A stretch of DNA of 64,000 nt from Candidatus Gastranaerophilaceae bacterium (GCA_965647125.1 CBFGCD010000001.1:186449-250448), one strand, 5' to 3'. Shown: positions 36,447-45,078, numbered from the stretch's first letter. Notes: generated by a model from the letters alone, not told the origin. Translations and numbers: made by a program.

Positions 36447-36476
36447 ATTATATAAATTGTATTGCGGGAGTTGAGT

Positions 36477-38489
36477 ATGATAGTTGGTCTTTATCTTCGA
36501 CATATAAAAACATATAAAAATATAAATTTTGTTCCGGTGGGTAATCATAATTTTATAAATTATTTAGGAAAAAACGGAAGCGGAAAAAGTTCAATAATAG
36601 AAGCGTTTGATATTTTTTTTAATGCAGCTGCTCCTGATTATTTAATCAATAAAAGTATAAGTTCAATTTCAAGAAACAGTAATTATCCTTTTTTTGTACC
36701 GATTTTTTTGATTGAAAAAAGTAAAATTGCCACAAGAAACAAAGAAAATTTTAAATTGCTCAGTGATTTATTTTGGAATATTGAGGAAAAAGAAATTACA
36801 AATATTAATCGTAAAACAGGCTCAGAAATTAAGGAATTTTTTAAATTAAGAGATTCAATAAAACAATATAAAGATACTCATTTTTTGGTTATGCTTGGAG
36901 AAACTTCATTCAAAGATGTTTGTGTGCCGTTTTTTCAAAATTATGAAAAATTTAAAAAAGAAATCGGCTATTGCGAGTCAATGCCTGTTGAAGACAAAAG
37001 CGAGGATAATCAAAGCAGCGTTGAGGATGAAAATAAGGAAAGCGAAGAAGAAAAATTTAGAAAGTTTTTAAATGAAAAATTCAGAAGCACTTTAGAAACC
37101 ATTAAAAAAACTTATTCATACGTATATATACCTGTTGAAAGCAGCATAGAAAGTTTTACTAAAATTGAAACAACAAGTATGCAAAAAATCATCGGAAAAA
37201 CATTAAGGGATGAAATTTTACAACTTTTAAACGAAACAAAATTTGAAGATGAGATAAATGATAAGCTGAATAATTACATGGAAGATATTGAAAAAAAATT
37301 AGATGGAGAATATTATTACGATTCAACTAAATCAAATAAAAAATATTTAAAAAACAGCGATTTATTTAATACGATTTTAGAAACCTATTTTAAAATCCGC
37401 GTTTTAAACAAAGGCAACAAAACCAACAATGCAGGTAAAAAAATAAGCGAATTAAGTGCGGGTGAAAAAAGGCAGGCTTTGTTGGATTTATTACATGCTT
37501 TTTTGACAGACGGACAAGAAAGGGAAAAATATACTATAATCGGCATTGATGAACCTGAAAACTCTTTGCATACCGGGCTTTGTTTTGAACAATTTGAAAA
37601 ATTGAAAGAAATTTCAAAAAATTATCAGATTTTTGTAACCACCCATTGGTATGGTTTTTTACCGGCAATCAGCGAGGGGGTGGGGCATTTTTTAAATAAA
37701 ACAAAAGAAGATAAAGTCGAGTTTGAATCTTATGAATTGTGTAATTACAGATCGCAAATCAAACATGATATGGTCCAAAATAAAGGAAAAATGCCGCATG
37801 ATTATCAGCTGAAAAGCATGAATGATTTGGTTCAGTCAATATTTCACTCTATCAGGCATGAAAATCCTTACAATTGGCTTATTTGCGAGGGATTGAGTGA
37901 AAAAATATATTTTGATTTTTTATTTAAGGATGAAATTAAAAACAAAAATCTTAAAATTTTACCAATGGGCGGCCAAAATGCTGTTGTCAGATTATACAGG
38001 TATCTTGCACTTCCTATTGCCGAAATGAAAGATACTCCTGAGTTTAAAGGAAAGGTATTTTGTATTATTGATACTGATAACCAAATTAATGGTAACGATA
38101 TAGGTGATATTAGCACCAATTTAAAAATAAAACGTTTTTTAAACGAAGATGAAAACAACAAAACCGCATTAGTTTTGTTAAACAATGGAAAATATACACA
38201 AACCGAAATAGAAAATGCACTAAATCCGACTATTTTTAGAGAAACATTGGAAAATTTGACAAATGAATCTAAATACAAAATTAATGATGAGCTTGATTTA
38301 ACTAAATTGAAAAATACGGATTTTTCCGCAAGTTTTAACAATTATCAAATTAAGCATTATTTTAATGAAAACAACGGAGAAAATAAAATAAAGTTTGCTG
38401 AAAAATATATCGATATCTTAAAGAATAAAGAAAACATGAAAGAATATATACCTGATTGGGTAAAAGAAATCAAAGATTTTTTTAATTAA
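36477..38489 (+). CDS. OLD-family-like ABC-ATPase/Toprim fusion protein (class-1 OLD-like or fused PARIS AriA-AriB-like); putative defence nuclease
   Basis: ATG 36477 with GGGAG SD. Walker A GKNGSGKSS, long K/E-rich helical insert, LSAGEKRQ, Walker B IIGIDEPENSLH, FVTTHW. C-terminal LICEGLSEKIYF, ILPMGGQNAV, FCIIDTDNQ (Toprim Glu and DxD). Confidence 0.7.
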   Translation: MIVGLYLRHIKTYKNINFVPVGNHNFINYLGKNGSGKSSIIEAFDIFFNAAAPDYLINKSISSISRNSNYPFFVPIFLIEKSKIATRNKENFKLLSDLFWNIEEKEITNINRKTGSEIKEFFKLRDSIKQYKDTHFLVMLGETSFKDVCVPFFQNYEKFKKEIGYCESMPVEDKSEDNQSSVEDENKESEEEKFRKFLNEKFRSTLETIKKTYSYVYIPVESSIESFTKIETTSMQKIIGKTLRDEILQLLNETKFEDEINDKLNNYMEDIEKKLDGEYYYDSTKSNKKYLKNSDLFNTILETYFKIRVLNKGNKTNNAGKKISELSAGEKRQALLDLLHAFLTDGQEREKYTIIGIDEPENSLHTGLCFEQFEKLKEISKNYQIFVTTHWYGFLPAISEGVGHFLNKTKEDKVEFESYELCNYRSQIKHDMVQNKGKMPHDYQLKSMNDLVQSIFHSIRHENPYNWLICEGLSEKIYFDFLFKDEIKNKNLKILPMGGQNAVVRLYRYLALPIAEMKDTPEFKGKVFCIIDTDNQINGNDIGDISTNLKIKRFLNEDENNKTALVLLNNGKYTQTEIENALNPTIFRETLENLTNESKYKINDELDLTKLKNTDFSASFNNYQIKHYFNENNGENKIKFAEKYIDILKNKENMKEYIPDWVKEIKDFFN

Positions 38490-38571
38490 ACATTTTACAA
38501 ATTTTTGGTTCAAAAAATATTTTTATGAGTGTTTTATAATTAAATACAAATAAAACAGAAAGGTTATAAAC

Positions 38572-38786
38572 ATGGATTTCAGGGTAAACAGTTTTTCAAT
38601 CAGACGACCGAATTTTAAAGGAAGCGTTGCTGTCGTTGGATAGACAGAACGGTAATTAACGTTAAAAGTGCAGGTTATGAAGAGCTTGACGAAGCAATTC
38701 AAAAAGAAAAAGAAACTGATTTTTCAAGCAACACTAATCTGCTTGGTGATTATATGACAGGAAAAATGGATAAGGAAGTATTTTAA
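38572..38786 (+). pseudogene. frameshifted small ORF (about 71 codons), unknown function
   Basis: GAAAGG SD 8 nt before ATG 38572. MDFRVNSFSIRRPNFKGSVAVVG stops at 38641. The open frame continues in another phase (WIDRTVINVKSAGYEELDEAIQKEKETDFSS...KEVF). One extra T near 38636 would join them. Confidence 0.35.
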
Positions 38787-38794
38787 TTAAAATA

Positions 38795-39611
38795 TTGCTG
38801 CAAAAATTAAATTCTCATAAATTTAAAACAAATTTCCCAATTTTTTTAATTGCGGGTTTAATTTTCTATTCATTTTTAATTGAGCCCAAAATGCTTCAAG
38901 TCGTTAATTATTCAATTAAAGATTCATCATTATCAGGAATAAAGCTTGTTTTAATCGGAGATTTACACCTTAAACCCAGCGAGGAAAAAAGGCTTTATAA
39001 AATTGTAAATAAAATAAATCTTCAAAACCCTGATGTCGTGCTTTCTGTTGGAGATTTTGTGAACGGACATAGTGAAAAAAAGCACTTTGCCGATTGATAA
39101 AATTGCTAACGAACTTAAAAAAATAAAATCAAAAAATGGCTTTTATACTGTTTTGGGAAATCATGATATTTGGATTAATGAGGATGAAATCACAAGCAGA
39201 TTTGAACAAAGCGGCATAAAGGTTTTGAAAAATGAAAATATTCCTGTAAAAATTAAAGATAAAAACTTATATATTGCAGGAGTTGAGGATTTAACAACAA
39301 AAATTCCCGATGTTGATAAAGCGCTTAATGATGTAAAAAGTTCAACGATATTATTAACCCACAACCCTGACATATTCCCCGAGATTCCCCAAAACGTTAA
39401 TTTAACACTTTGCGGTCATTTGCATGGCGGACAGGTCAGATTGCCGTTTTTAGGCGCTGTTGTTACTCCCTCAAGATATGGCGACAGATATTCAAAAGGC
39501 TTGATTGTAGAAAATAATAAAAAATTAATCGCAACAAAAGGACTTGGAACAAGTATCCTGCCTCTTCGTTTTAATTGTGTGCCTGAAATTGTTGTGATTG
39601 AATTTTTATAA
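38795..39611 (+). pseudogene. YaeI-type membrane-anchored metallophosphoesterase, interrupted by a frameshift in an A7 run
   Basis: Fragments 38795..39097 (LIGDLHL, SVGDFVNGH) and 39072..39611 (VLGNHD, LTHNPD, CGHLHGGQ) together give all the calcineurin-like motifs. The frames join at A7 (39075..39081) if read as A6 or A9. Confidence 0.75.
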
Positions 39612-39666
39612 CTTAAAAATTAACTTTCTTGCAAACTTATAATTTGTGGCTTATTATGTTGTTTGT

Positions 39667-40587
39667 ATGGACTGTAAAAAAAACAGAAGAAATTTTTTAA
39701 AAGGGTTTTTTGGAACTTATCTTGCCTTGAGCAGTTATTTTTCTTTTAAATATTTTACCCAAAGCAAAAACAGCAGCAAAATAATAAACAATACAAAAGA
39801 AAAAGCTTTAAATGTTGTTCAAATTCCAATTGTCTATAATTGTAATTTGAATTGTGCTTATTGTGACCATTTTGCGCCGATTGCGCCTAAATATCAAGTA
39901 AGCGTTGAAAAATTCAGCACAGATTTAGACCGCCTTTATAAAGTTACGCAAGGAAAAGTTAAAACAATCTGGCTTTTGGGTGGAGAACCTTTGCTGCACA
40001 ATAAAATCTGCGATTTAATAAAAATAACATCTTCAAAATTTCAAAATTCAAAAATAGCAATAACAACAAACGGCTTATTGCTGGATAAAATGAATGATGA
40101 ATTTTGGCAGGTTTTAAAAGATAAAAACGTTGAAGTTAATGTTGAAAATTATATTTTAAATAAAAATATTATAAAGACGGATAAAATTTTTCAAAAAGTT
40201 AAGGAATTTCATTGTAATTTAAATATTAATTTTCCAAAATATGAATTTAGAAAAGCAAGTTTATCAAAAAAGCCAAAATATGACAAAAATAAAAGATTTA
40301 GTGCCTGTAAATGTAAACAATGGCCGATTTTTGATGATGGAAAATTTTATTGCTGTGCAACAATAAACGGGGTTGAAAAATTTTTCAATAAAAAATTTCC
40401 AGATAATAAAATTCCGATTTCGTCTTGTGATATTTTAGATTCATATCAAATTAATTCAATTGATGAAATTATAGAATTTTATCAAAAACCTAAAAATATG
40501 TGTGCGCATTGCGGATATTTTCAAACAAAACCTTGGAAACTATCGCAAAATAATATTTATGAATGGTTTGAAAAAAGCGGGGAATAA
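39667..40587 (+). CDS. radical SAM protein with twin-arginine-type N-terminus and C-terminal Cys cluster (paralogue A)
   Basis: MDCKKNRRNFLKGFFGTYLALSSYFSFKYF; CX3CX2C in IPIVYNCNLNCAYCDHF; GGEPLLH; C-terminal Cys ACKC, YCC, MCAHCG. ATG 39667 chosen by analogy with the paralogue (track: GTG 39646). Confidence 0.75.
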   Translation: MDCKKNRRNFLKGFFGTYLALSSYFSFKYFTQSKNSSKIINNTKEKALNVVQIPIVYNCNLNCAYCDHFAPIAPKYQVSVEKFSTDLDRLYKVTQGKVKTIWLLGGEPLLHNKICDLIKITSSKFQNSKIAITTNGLLLDKMNDEFWQVLKDKNVEVNVENYILNKNIIKTDKIFQKVKEFHCNLNINFPKYEFRKASLSKKPKYDKNKRFSACKCKQWPIFDDGKFYCCATINGVEKFFNKKFPDNKIPISSCDILDSYQINSIDEIIEFYQKPKNMCAHCGYFQTKPWKLSQNNIYEWFEKSGE

Positions 40588-41540
40588 TGAAAAGGAGAAA
40601 TTTTTTAAAAGGCTTATTCACTTCATACGCAGCAGTTTCAACGTATTTTTCTTTTAAATATTTTAATGAAAAAAATGTTGAAAAGCCTTTTGATAATAAA
40701 TCAAAGGAAGATGATGAAATTAAAAATGCGATTGACAAAAACGCTAAATTTCTTAACATGGTTGAAATTCCGATTGTTTATCATTGTAATTTAAATTGTG
40801 CACATTGTGACCATTTTTCTTCGATTGCTCCAAAATACATCATGCCTGTTGAGGTTTACGAAAAAGATGTTAAAAAACTTTCGCAAATCACAAAAGGAAA
40901 ATTAAAAGAATTAATAATCGTTGGCGGCGAACCTTTTTTGCATGATAAAATATCCGAAATTATGAAAATATCAAGAAAATATTTCCCGAAAACAAGAATT
41001 GAAATTCTGACAAATGGAACTTTGCTTGAAAAACAGCCTGACGAGGTTTTTCTAACTGCTAATAAAGAAGATGTGGGAATTTATATAAGTTATTATCGGA
41101 CAGGTAAAAAGCTTTTTGATTTTGAAAAAATTACTGAAAAAATTGATAAATTTAAAGTTAAAATAAGAATAAGCTATCCAAAATTTGAGTTTCAATTAAT
41201 GAATCTTGAAAAGACAGCAAAACACGACATCAAAAAACGCTACACTCCTTGTTATTCAAAACTATGGCCTATTTTAGACAACGGTAAATTTTATGTGTGT
41301 TCGACTGTTAACGGTGTTGATAAATTTTTTAACAGAAAATTTGAAAATGATAAAATCCCTTATTCAAACGATGATGTTTTAGATATTCATAAAATTTCAA
41401 CACTTGACGAGTTATTAGATTTTTATTCAAAACCAAAAAAAATGTGTGCATATTGTAATTATTATATTTCCGATAAAGCACAATGGCAAAAAGCTCGCTT
41501 CAGCCCTTATGAGTGGCTAAAAAAGCTCCCGAAAGCTTAA
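40587..41540 (+). CDS. radical SAM protein with twin-arginine-type N-terminus and C-terminal Cys cluster (paralogue B)
   Basis: MKRRNFLKGLFTSYAAVSTYFSFKYF; IPIVYHCNLNCAHCDHF; GGEPFLH; C-terminal PCY, YVCS, MCAYCNY. Start overlaps the paralogue A stop (TAATG). Confidence 0.8.
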   Translation: MKRRNFLKGLFTSYAAVSTYFSFKYFNEKNVEKPFDNKSKEDDEIKNAIDKNAKFLNMVEIPIVYHCNLNCAHCDHFSSIAPKYIMPVEVYEKDVKKLSQITKGKLKELIIVGGEPFLHDKISEIMKISRKYFPKTRIEILTNGTLLEKQPDEVFLTANKEDVGIYISYYRTGKKLFDFEKITEKIDKFKVKIRISYPKFEFQLMNLEKTAKHDIKKRYTPCYSKLWPILDNGKFYVCSTVNGVDKFFNRKFENDKIPYSNDDVLDIHKISTLDELLDFYSKPKKMCAYCNYYISDKAQWQKARFSPYEWLKKLPKA

Positions 41541-41579
41541 CAATTTGCGCTGTAAATTTGTTTTGTATATAATTATTCA

Positions 41580-42611
41580 ATGAACAATTTCAAAAAAAGA
41601 GTTCTTGTTTCCGGATATATCGGTTTTTCTAATTTTGGTGATGAAGCGATATTTTACGCTTTATCAAAGCATTTAAAAATGCTCAATTATAAAACAAGCG
41701 TATTGTGCAATAATCCTTTAAAGGTTAGTGCTGAATATGGTGTTGAAGCTTTTTATTATAAAAATTTAATTAATGTGTTTAGCTCAATTTTAAAAAACGA
41801 CATTTTAATTTCCGGAGGCGGAAGCCTTTTACAAAACAAAACCAGTAATTTCAGCCTTTTTTATTATCTTTTTGTAATTTTTTCGGCTAAATTGTTTTTT
41901 AAAAAAGTAATAATTTTTTCACAGGGAATTGAACCAATTAATGGCAAATTTCCGTTGTTTTTGACAAAAATGATTTTAAATGGGGTTAAATTTATCTCGG
42001 TTCGTGATTTAAAAAGTCAAAAACTGTTAGAAAAATATAAAATCAAGTCCGATTTAACATCTGACCCTGTTTATTCACTGGTTGAAGAAATTAAGCCCTC
42101 TTTTCAAAAAAAAGGATTATTAATTCAATTAAGAGAGTTTAATAATATTAATGAAAAGTTTATTGATGATTTAGCAAAAAGCGTTTTTAAAAATTATTCA
42201 AAAACCGATATAAGTGTTTTTTCTTTTCAGGATGAATATGATAAGAAAATTTGCGAAAAATTTATTGAAAAATTGGCAAAATTTAATCTAAAAGCACAAT
42301 TAATCTGCAATAAAACAATAAATGAAACAATCAATATAATCAATGACCACGAATTTATGTTGTCTGCAAGGCTTCATGGGTTAATTGTTTCAAATGCTTT
42401 AAAAACAAAGACTTTTGCTCTTTCTTACGATGAAAAAATAAAAACATTATCAGAAGAGTTAAAGATTGAAAATATTGATATTTTTAACTATAAAAACGAT
42501 GAGCTTGATTTGAAACTAAATAATTTTTTTAATTCAAATAATGTAAACCCTCCTGTGCTCTACAGAAAGTTTGATTGGAGTGTTTTGGACGGGTATTTGT
42601 CAAAAGTTTAG
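41580..42611 (+). CDS. csaB: polysaccharide pyruvyl transferase CsaB
   Basis: VLVSGYIGFSNFGDEAIFYAL, ISGGGSLLQNKTS, SARLHGLIVS are typical of the CsaB family. Confidence 0.8.
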   Translation: MNNFKKRVLVSGYIGFSNFGDEAIFYALSKHLKMLNYKTSVLCNNPLKVSAEYGVEAFYYKNLINVFSSILKNDILISGGGSLLQNKTSNFSLFYYLFVIFSAKLFFKKVIIFSQGIEPINGKFPLFLTKMILNGVKFISVRDLKSQKLLEKYKIKSDLTSDPVYSLVEEIKPSFQKKGLLIQLREFNNINEKFIDDLAKSVFKNYSKTDISVFSFQDEYDKKICEKFIEKLAKFNLKAQLICNKTINETINIINDHEFMLSARLHGLIVSNALKTKTFALSYDEKIKTLSEELKIENIDIFNYKNDELDLKLNNFFNSNNVNPPVLYRKFDWSVLDGYLSKV

Positions 42612-42628
42612 TATATTTGGGAGAATAA

Positions 42629-43312
42629 ATGGCTAATAAATCTGTAATTGAAAGATACAACAAAGATAAAAAATTTGTTTTAATTTCAAGTCTTGTTATT
42701 GTTCTTTTTCATATTATCCGCTTTTTTTACAGGTGTAAATGTGTTAATTATCCAAAAGAAAAATGTGTTTTTGCCCTTTGGCATGCTCATCAATGCGGGG
42801 TTTTTTCCTGTAATCTAGAGCGCAAAACAGCAATCATGGTTTCAAATTCGAAAGACGGCGAAATAATCTCGCGCGCAGCAAATGCAATGGGGGTTGAAAC
42901 TGTACGCGGTTCACACAATCGGGGAGGCGCTAAGGCAACTTATGAATTGATTAAAAAAATCAAAGACGAAAATTGCAATGGTGCTTTGACAATTGATGGA
43001 CCAAAAGGTCCAAAAAGAATTGTTAAAAAAGGAATAATCGAAATTGCAAAAATGGCAAATGTTCCAATTGTTCCTGCGGTTTGGTGGAGCAAGGATATAA
43101 CTTTTTTAAAATTCAAATCATGGGATGAATTTCGATTTCCTTTAATAGGAACAAGGCTTGTTATGCTTTTTGGCGAACCGATTTACCTTAGTGAAAATCC
43201 CGATGAAGAAGAAATTGAACAAGTAAGATGTAAAGTCGAAAAAAGTTTGAATGAACTTTATTGTGATGTTAAGAAAAATTTCGATAAATATTTAAAAAAT
43301 AAACCCTGCTGA
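42629..43312 (+). CDS. DUF374 lysophospholipid-acyltransferase-family protein
   Basis: FALWHAHQ, MVSNSKDGEIISRAANAMGVETVRGS, TIDGPKGPKRIVKKGIIEIAKMANVPIVP. Confidence 0.75.
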   Translation: MANKSVIERYNKDKKFVLISSLVIVLFHIIRFFYRCKCVNYPKEKCVFALWHAHQCGVFSCNLERKTAIMVSNSKDGEIISRAANAMGVETVRGSHNRGGAKATYELIKKIKDENCNGALTIDGPKGPKRIVKKGIIEIAKMANVPIVPAVWWSKDITFLKFKSWDEFRFPLIGTRLVMLFGEPIYLSENPDEEEIEQVRCKVEKSLNELYCDVKKNFDKYLKNKPC

Positions 43313-43336
43313 AATTTATTTAGCAGGGTTTATTTG
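43301..43336. terminator. bidirectional terminator hairpin between the DUF374 gene and tpiA
   Basis: AAACCCTGCT-11 nt-AGCAGGGTTT. The left arm includes the DUF374 stop codon. T/A-rich flanks on both sides. Confidence 0.65.
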
Positions 43337-43355
43337 ATATTTATAAACAGTTTGA

Positions 43356-44126
43356 TTACATAGCACCTTTAATTAATTCAACAAAGCTGTCTGCTTTTAA
43401 AGAAGCTCCGCCGATTAAGCCGCCATCGATTTCGCTTTGTGCCATTTGTTCAACAATTGTTGAGGGTTTAACTGAGCCGCCATAAAGGATTCTGATTTTG
43501 TCGGCTGTGGTTTGAGAATAAAGTTTTGCAACAACTTTTCTGATTTCTCCAATTGTTCTGTTTGCTTCTTGAGAATCGCAAGATTTTCCTGTTCCGATTG
43601 CCCAGATTGGTTCGTAAGCTATAACTGATTTTTCAACATCACTTGCTGAAATTCCGTCAAGTGCTTTTGTTATTTGATTGGCCAAATGAGCATCCGTAAC
43701 GCCTGCTTCTCTTTGTTCCAATGTTTCGCCGCAGCAAATAATTGGAATCAATCCTTTTTCAAGAATTGCTTTTGCTTTTTGGTTGATAAATTCATCAGAT
43801 TCATTAAACATTTGACGGCGTTCAGAGTGCCCGATTATAATATATTTAACGTTAAAATCCGCCAGCATTTCAAGAGAAATTTCACCGGTATATGCGCCCG
43901 ATGGGTTCGGATTAACGTTTTGCGCTGCAAGGGCGATTTTTGATTCGTTTCTGATTAAATCATGTGCTTGCCATAGTGATGTAAATGTCGGTGCAATAAC
44001 AACTTCAGGCATTTTATCCCCATCAAGCTGTGAAATACCGTACATGATTCCGTCAACAAGTTCTTTTGTTGCGGCTTTATTGTTGTTCATCTTCCAATTT
44101 CCTGCAATAATAGGTTTTCTTGCCAT
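43356..44126 (-). CDS. tpiA: triosephosphate isomerase
   Basis: MARKPIIAGNWKMNN, IGHSERR, AYEPIWAIGTG, YGGSVKP. AAAGGAG SD before ATG 44126. Confidence 0.92.
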   Translation of the reverse strand: MARKPIIAGNWKMNNNKAATKELVDGIMYGISQLDGDKMPEVVIAPTFTSLWQAHDLIRNESKIALAAQNVNPNPSGAYTGEISLEMLADFNVKYIIIGHSERRQMFNESDEFINQKAKAILEKGLIPIICCGETLEQREAGVTDAHLANQITKALDGISASDVEKSVIAYEPIWAIGTGKSCDSQEANRTIGEIRKVVAKLYSQTTADKIRILYGGSVKPSTIVEQMAQSEIDGGLIGGASLKADSFVELIKGAM

Positions 44127-44187
44127 TATTTTACTCCTTTTCTGAAAATTCTTGAAATAATTACAAGAATATTTTATCACAGAAAAA

Positions 44188-45012
44188 TTAAATAATTGAT
44201 TTTGTTAAACGCTCCGAACGATTTTGAGATAAAATATTTCTTAATTTCATAATTGCCTGTGCATGAAGCTGGCAGACGCGGGATTCTGAAACATTAATTG
44301 CTTCGCCGATTTCTTTTAAGGTCATATTTTCATGATAATAGAAAACAAGCAAAGTCCTCTCGCGTTCGGGAAGCTTTTTAAGTGCGTTTTCAAGTTCACG
44401 CTTGGCATCTGTCCTCTCAATTTCATCATCAGGCTGTGATGTGTTTTCATCCTCAATTGTATCGATAATTTCTACGCTGTCTTCACCTGATCCTTTTTTG
44501 TCGTAAATTGAATTAACCGATAAATCGCTTGACATAATTTCAAGGATTTTTTCTTCTTCCATTCCCAGAACATCTGCAACTTCTTTTGTTGAGGGCGCTC
44601 TACCCATTTGCTGTTTTAAGCGTTCGGTTGCAATTTTAATTTCTTTGATTTTTTTTCTTAAACTTCTTGGAAGCCAATCATCGGAGCGGATTTTATCGAT
44701 AATTGAACCTCTTATTCTCATTAGCGCGTAAGATTCAAATTTAGCACCTTTAGACGGATGATACTTTTCAATCGCATCAATTAAACCCTCAATTCCAAAA
44801 GAAACAATATCTTCAAAAGAAAAAGTATTGGGAAGATTAACTTTTATTCTTCCAACAACATAACGCGCAAGGTAAATATATTGAACAATTAATTTATCTC
44901 TGCATTTTTTGTTTGTTTTATCTTCTAAATAAGTTTCCCAAAGTTTTTCCAAGTCTTCTTGTGAAAGTTTATTTATTTTTTTATATGAATCAATGTCTGT
45001 TGTCTGACTCAT
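44188..45012 (-). CDS. fliA: RNA polymerase sigma-28 factor (FliA/WhiG family)
   Basis: Region 2 DIVSFGIEGLIDAIEKYHPSKGAKFESYALMRIRGSIIDKIR; DWLPRSLR; region 4 LVFYYHENMTLKEIGEAINVSESRVCQLHAQAIMKLR. Confidence 0.85.
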   Translation of the reverse strand: MSQTTDIDSYKKINKLSQEDLEKLWETYLEDKTNKKCRDKLIVQYIYLARYVVGRIKVNLPNTFSFEDIVSFGIEGLIDAIEKYHPSKGAKFESYALMRIRGSIIDKIRSDDWLPRSLRKKIKEIKIATERLKQQMGRAPSTKEVADVLGMEEEKILEIMSSDLSVNSIYDKKGSGEDSVEIIDTIEDENTSQPDDEIERTDAKRELENALKKLPERERTLLVFYYHENMTLKEIGEAINVSESRVCQLHAQAIMKLRNILSQNRSERLTKSII

Positions 45013-45078
45013 TGTAATTTTATTAAGTTCCTCGATAATTCCCTGTGTCTGTAATTATATTTTCTAAAAAGCAAGGTG

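Noticed and set aside
36272-36517. 81-aa ORF spanning both tRNA-Pro genes
   Set aside because: The sequence folds into two canonical cloverleaves, so the ORF is coincidental.
37868-38341. 157-aa ORF antisense inside the ATPase-Toprim gene
   Set aside because: Low-complexity Ser/Leu/Phe composition fully nested in a motif-supported sense ORF. No start context.
36418-38800. Search for an att-type direct repeat of the tRNA-Pro 3' end and for an integrase flanking the ATPase-Toprim gene
   Set aside because: No copy of GTCATCCCGACCA or a shorter fragment was seen downstream, and there is no recombinase ORF. I therefore do not call a mobile element.
43310-43312. Possibility of a recoded genetic code (TGA or TAG sense) in this AT-rich genome
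   Set aside because: TGA, TAA and TAG all terminate well-supported genes at the expected lengths (for example TGA ends the DUF374 gene at 43310-43312). No conserved gene needs read-through.
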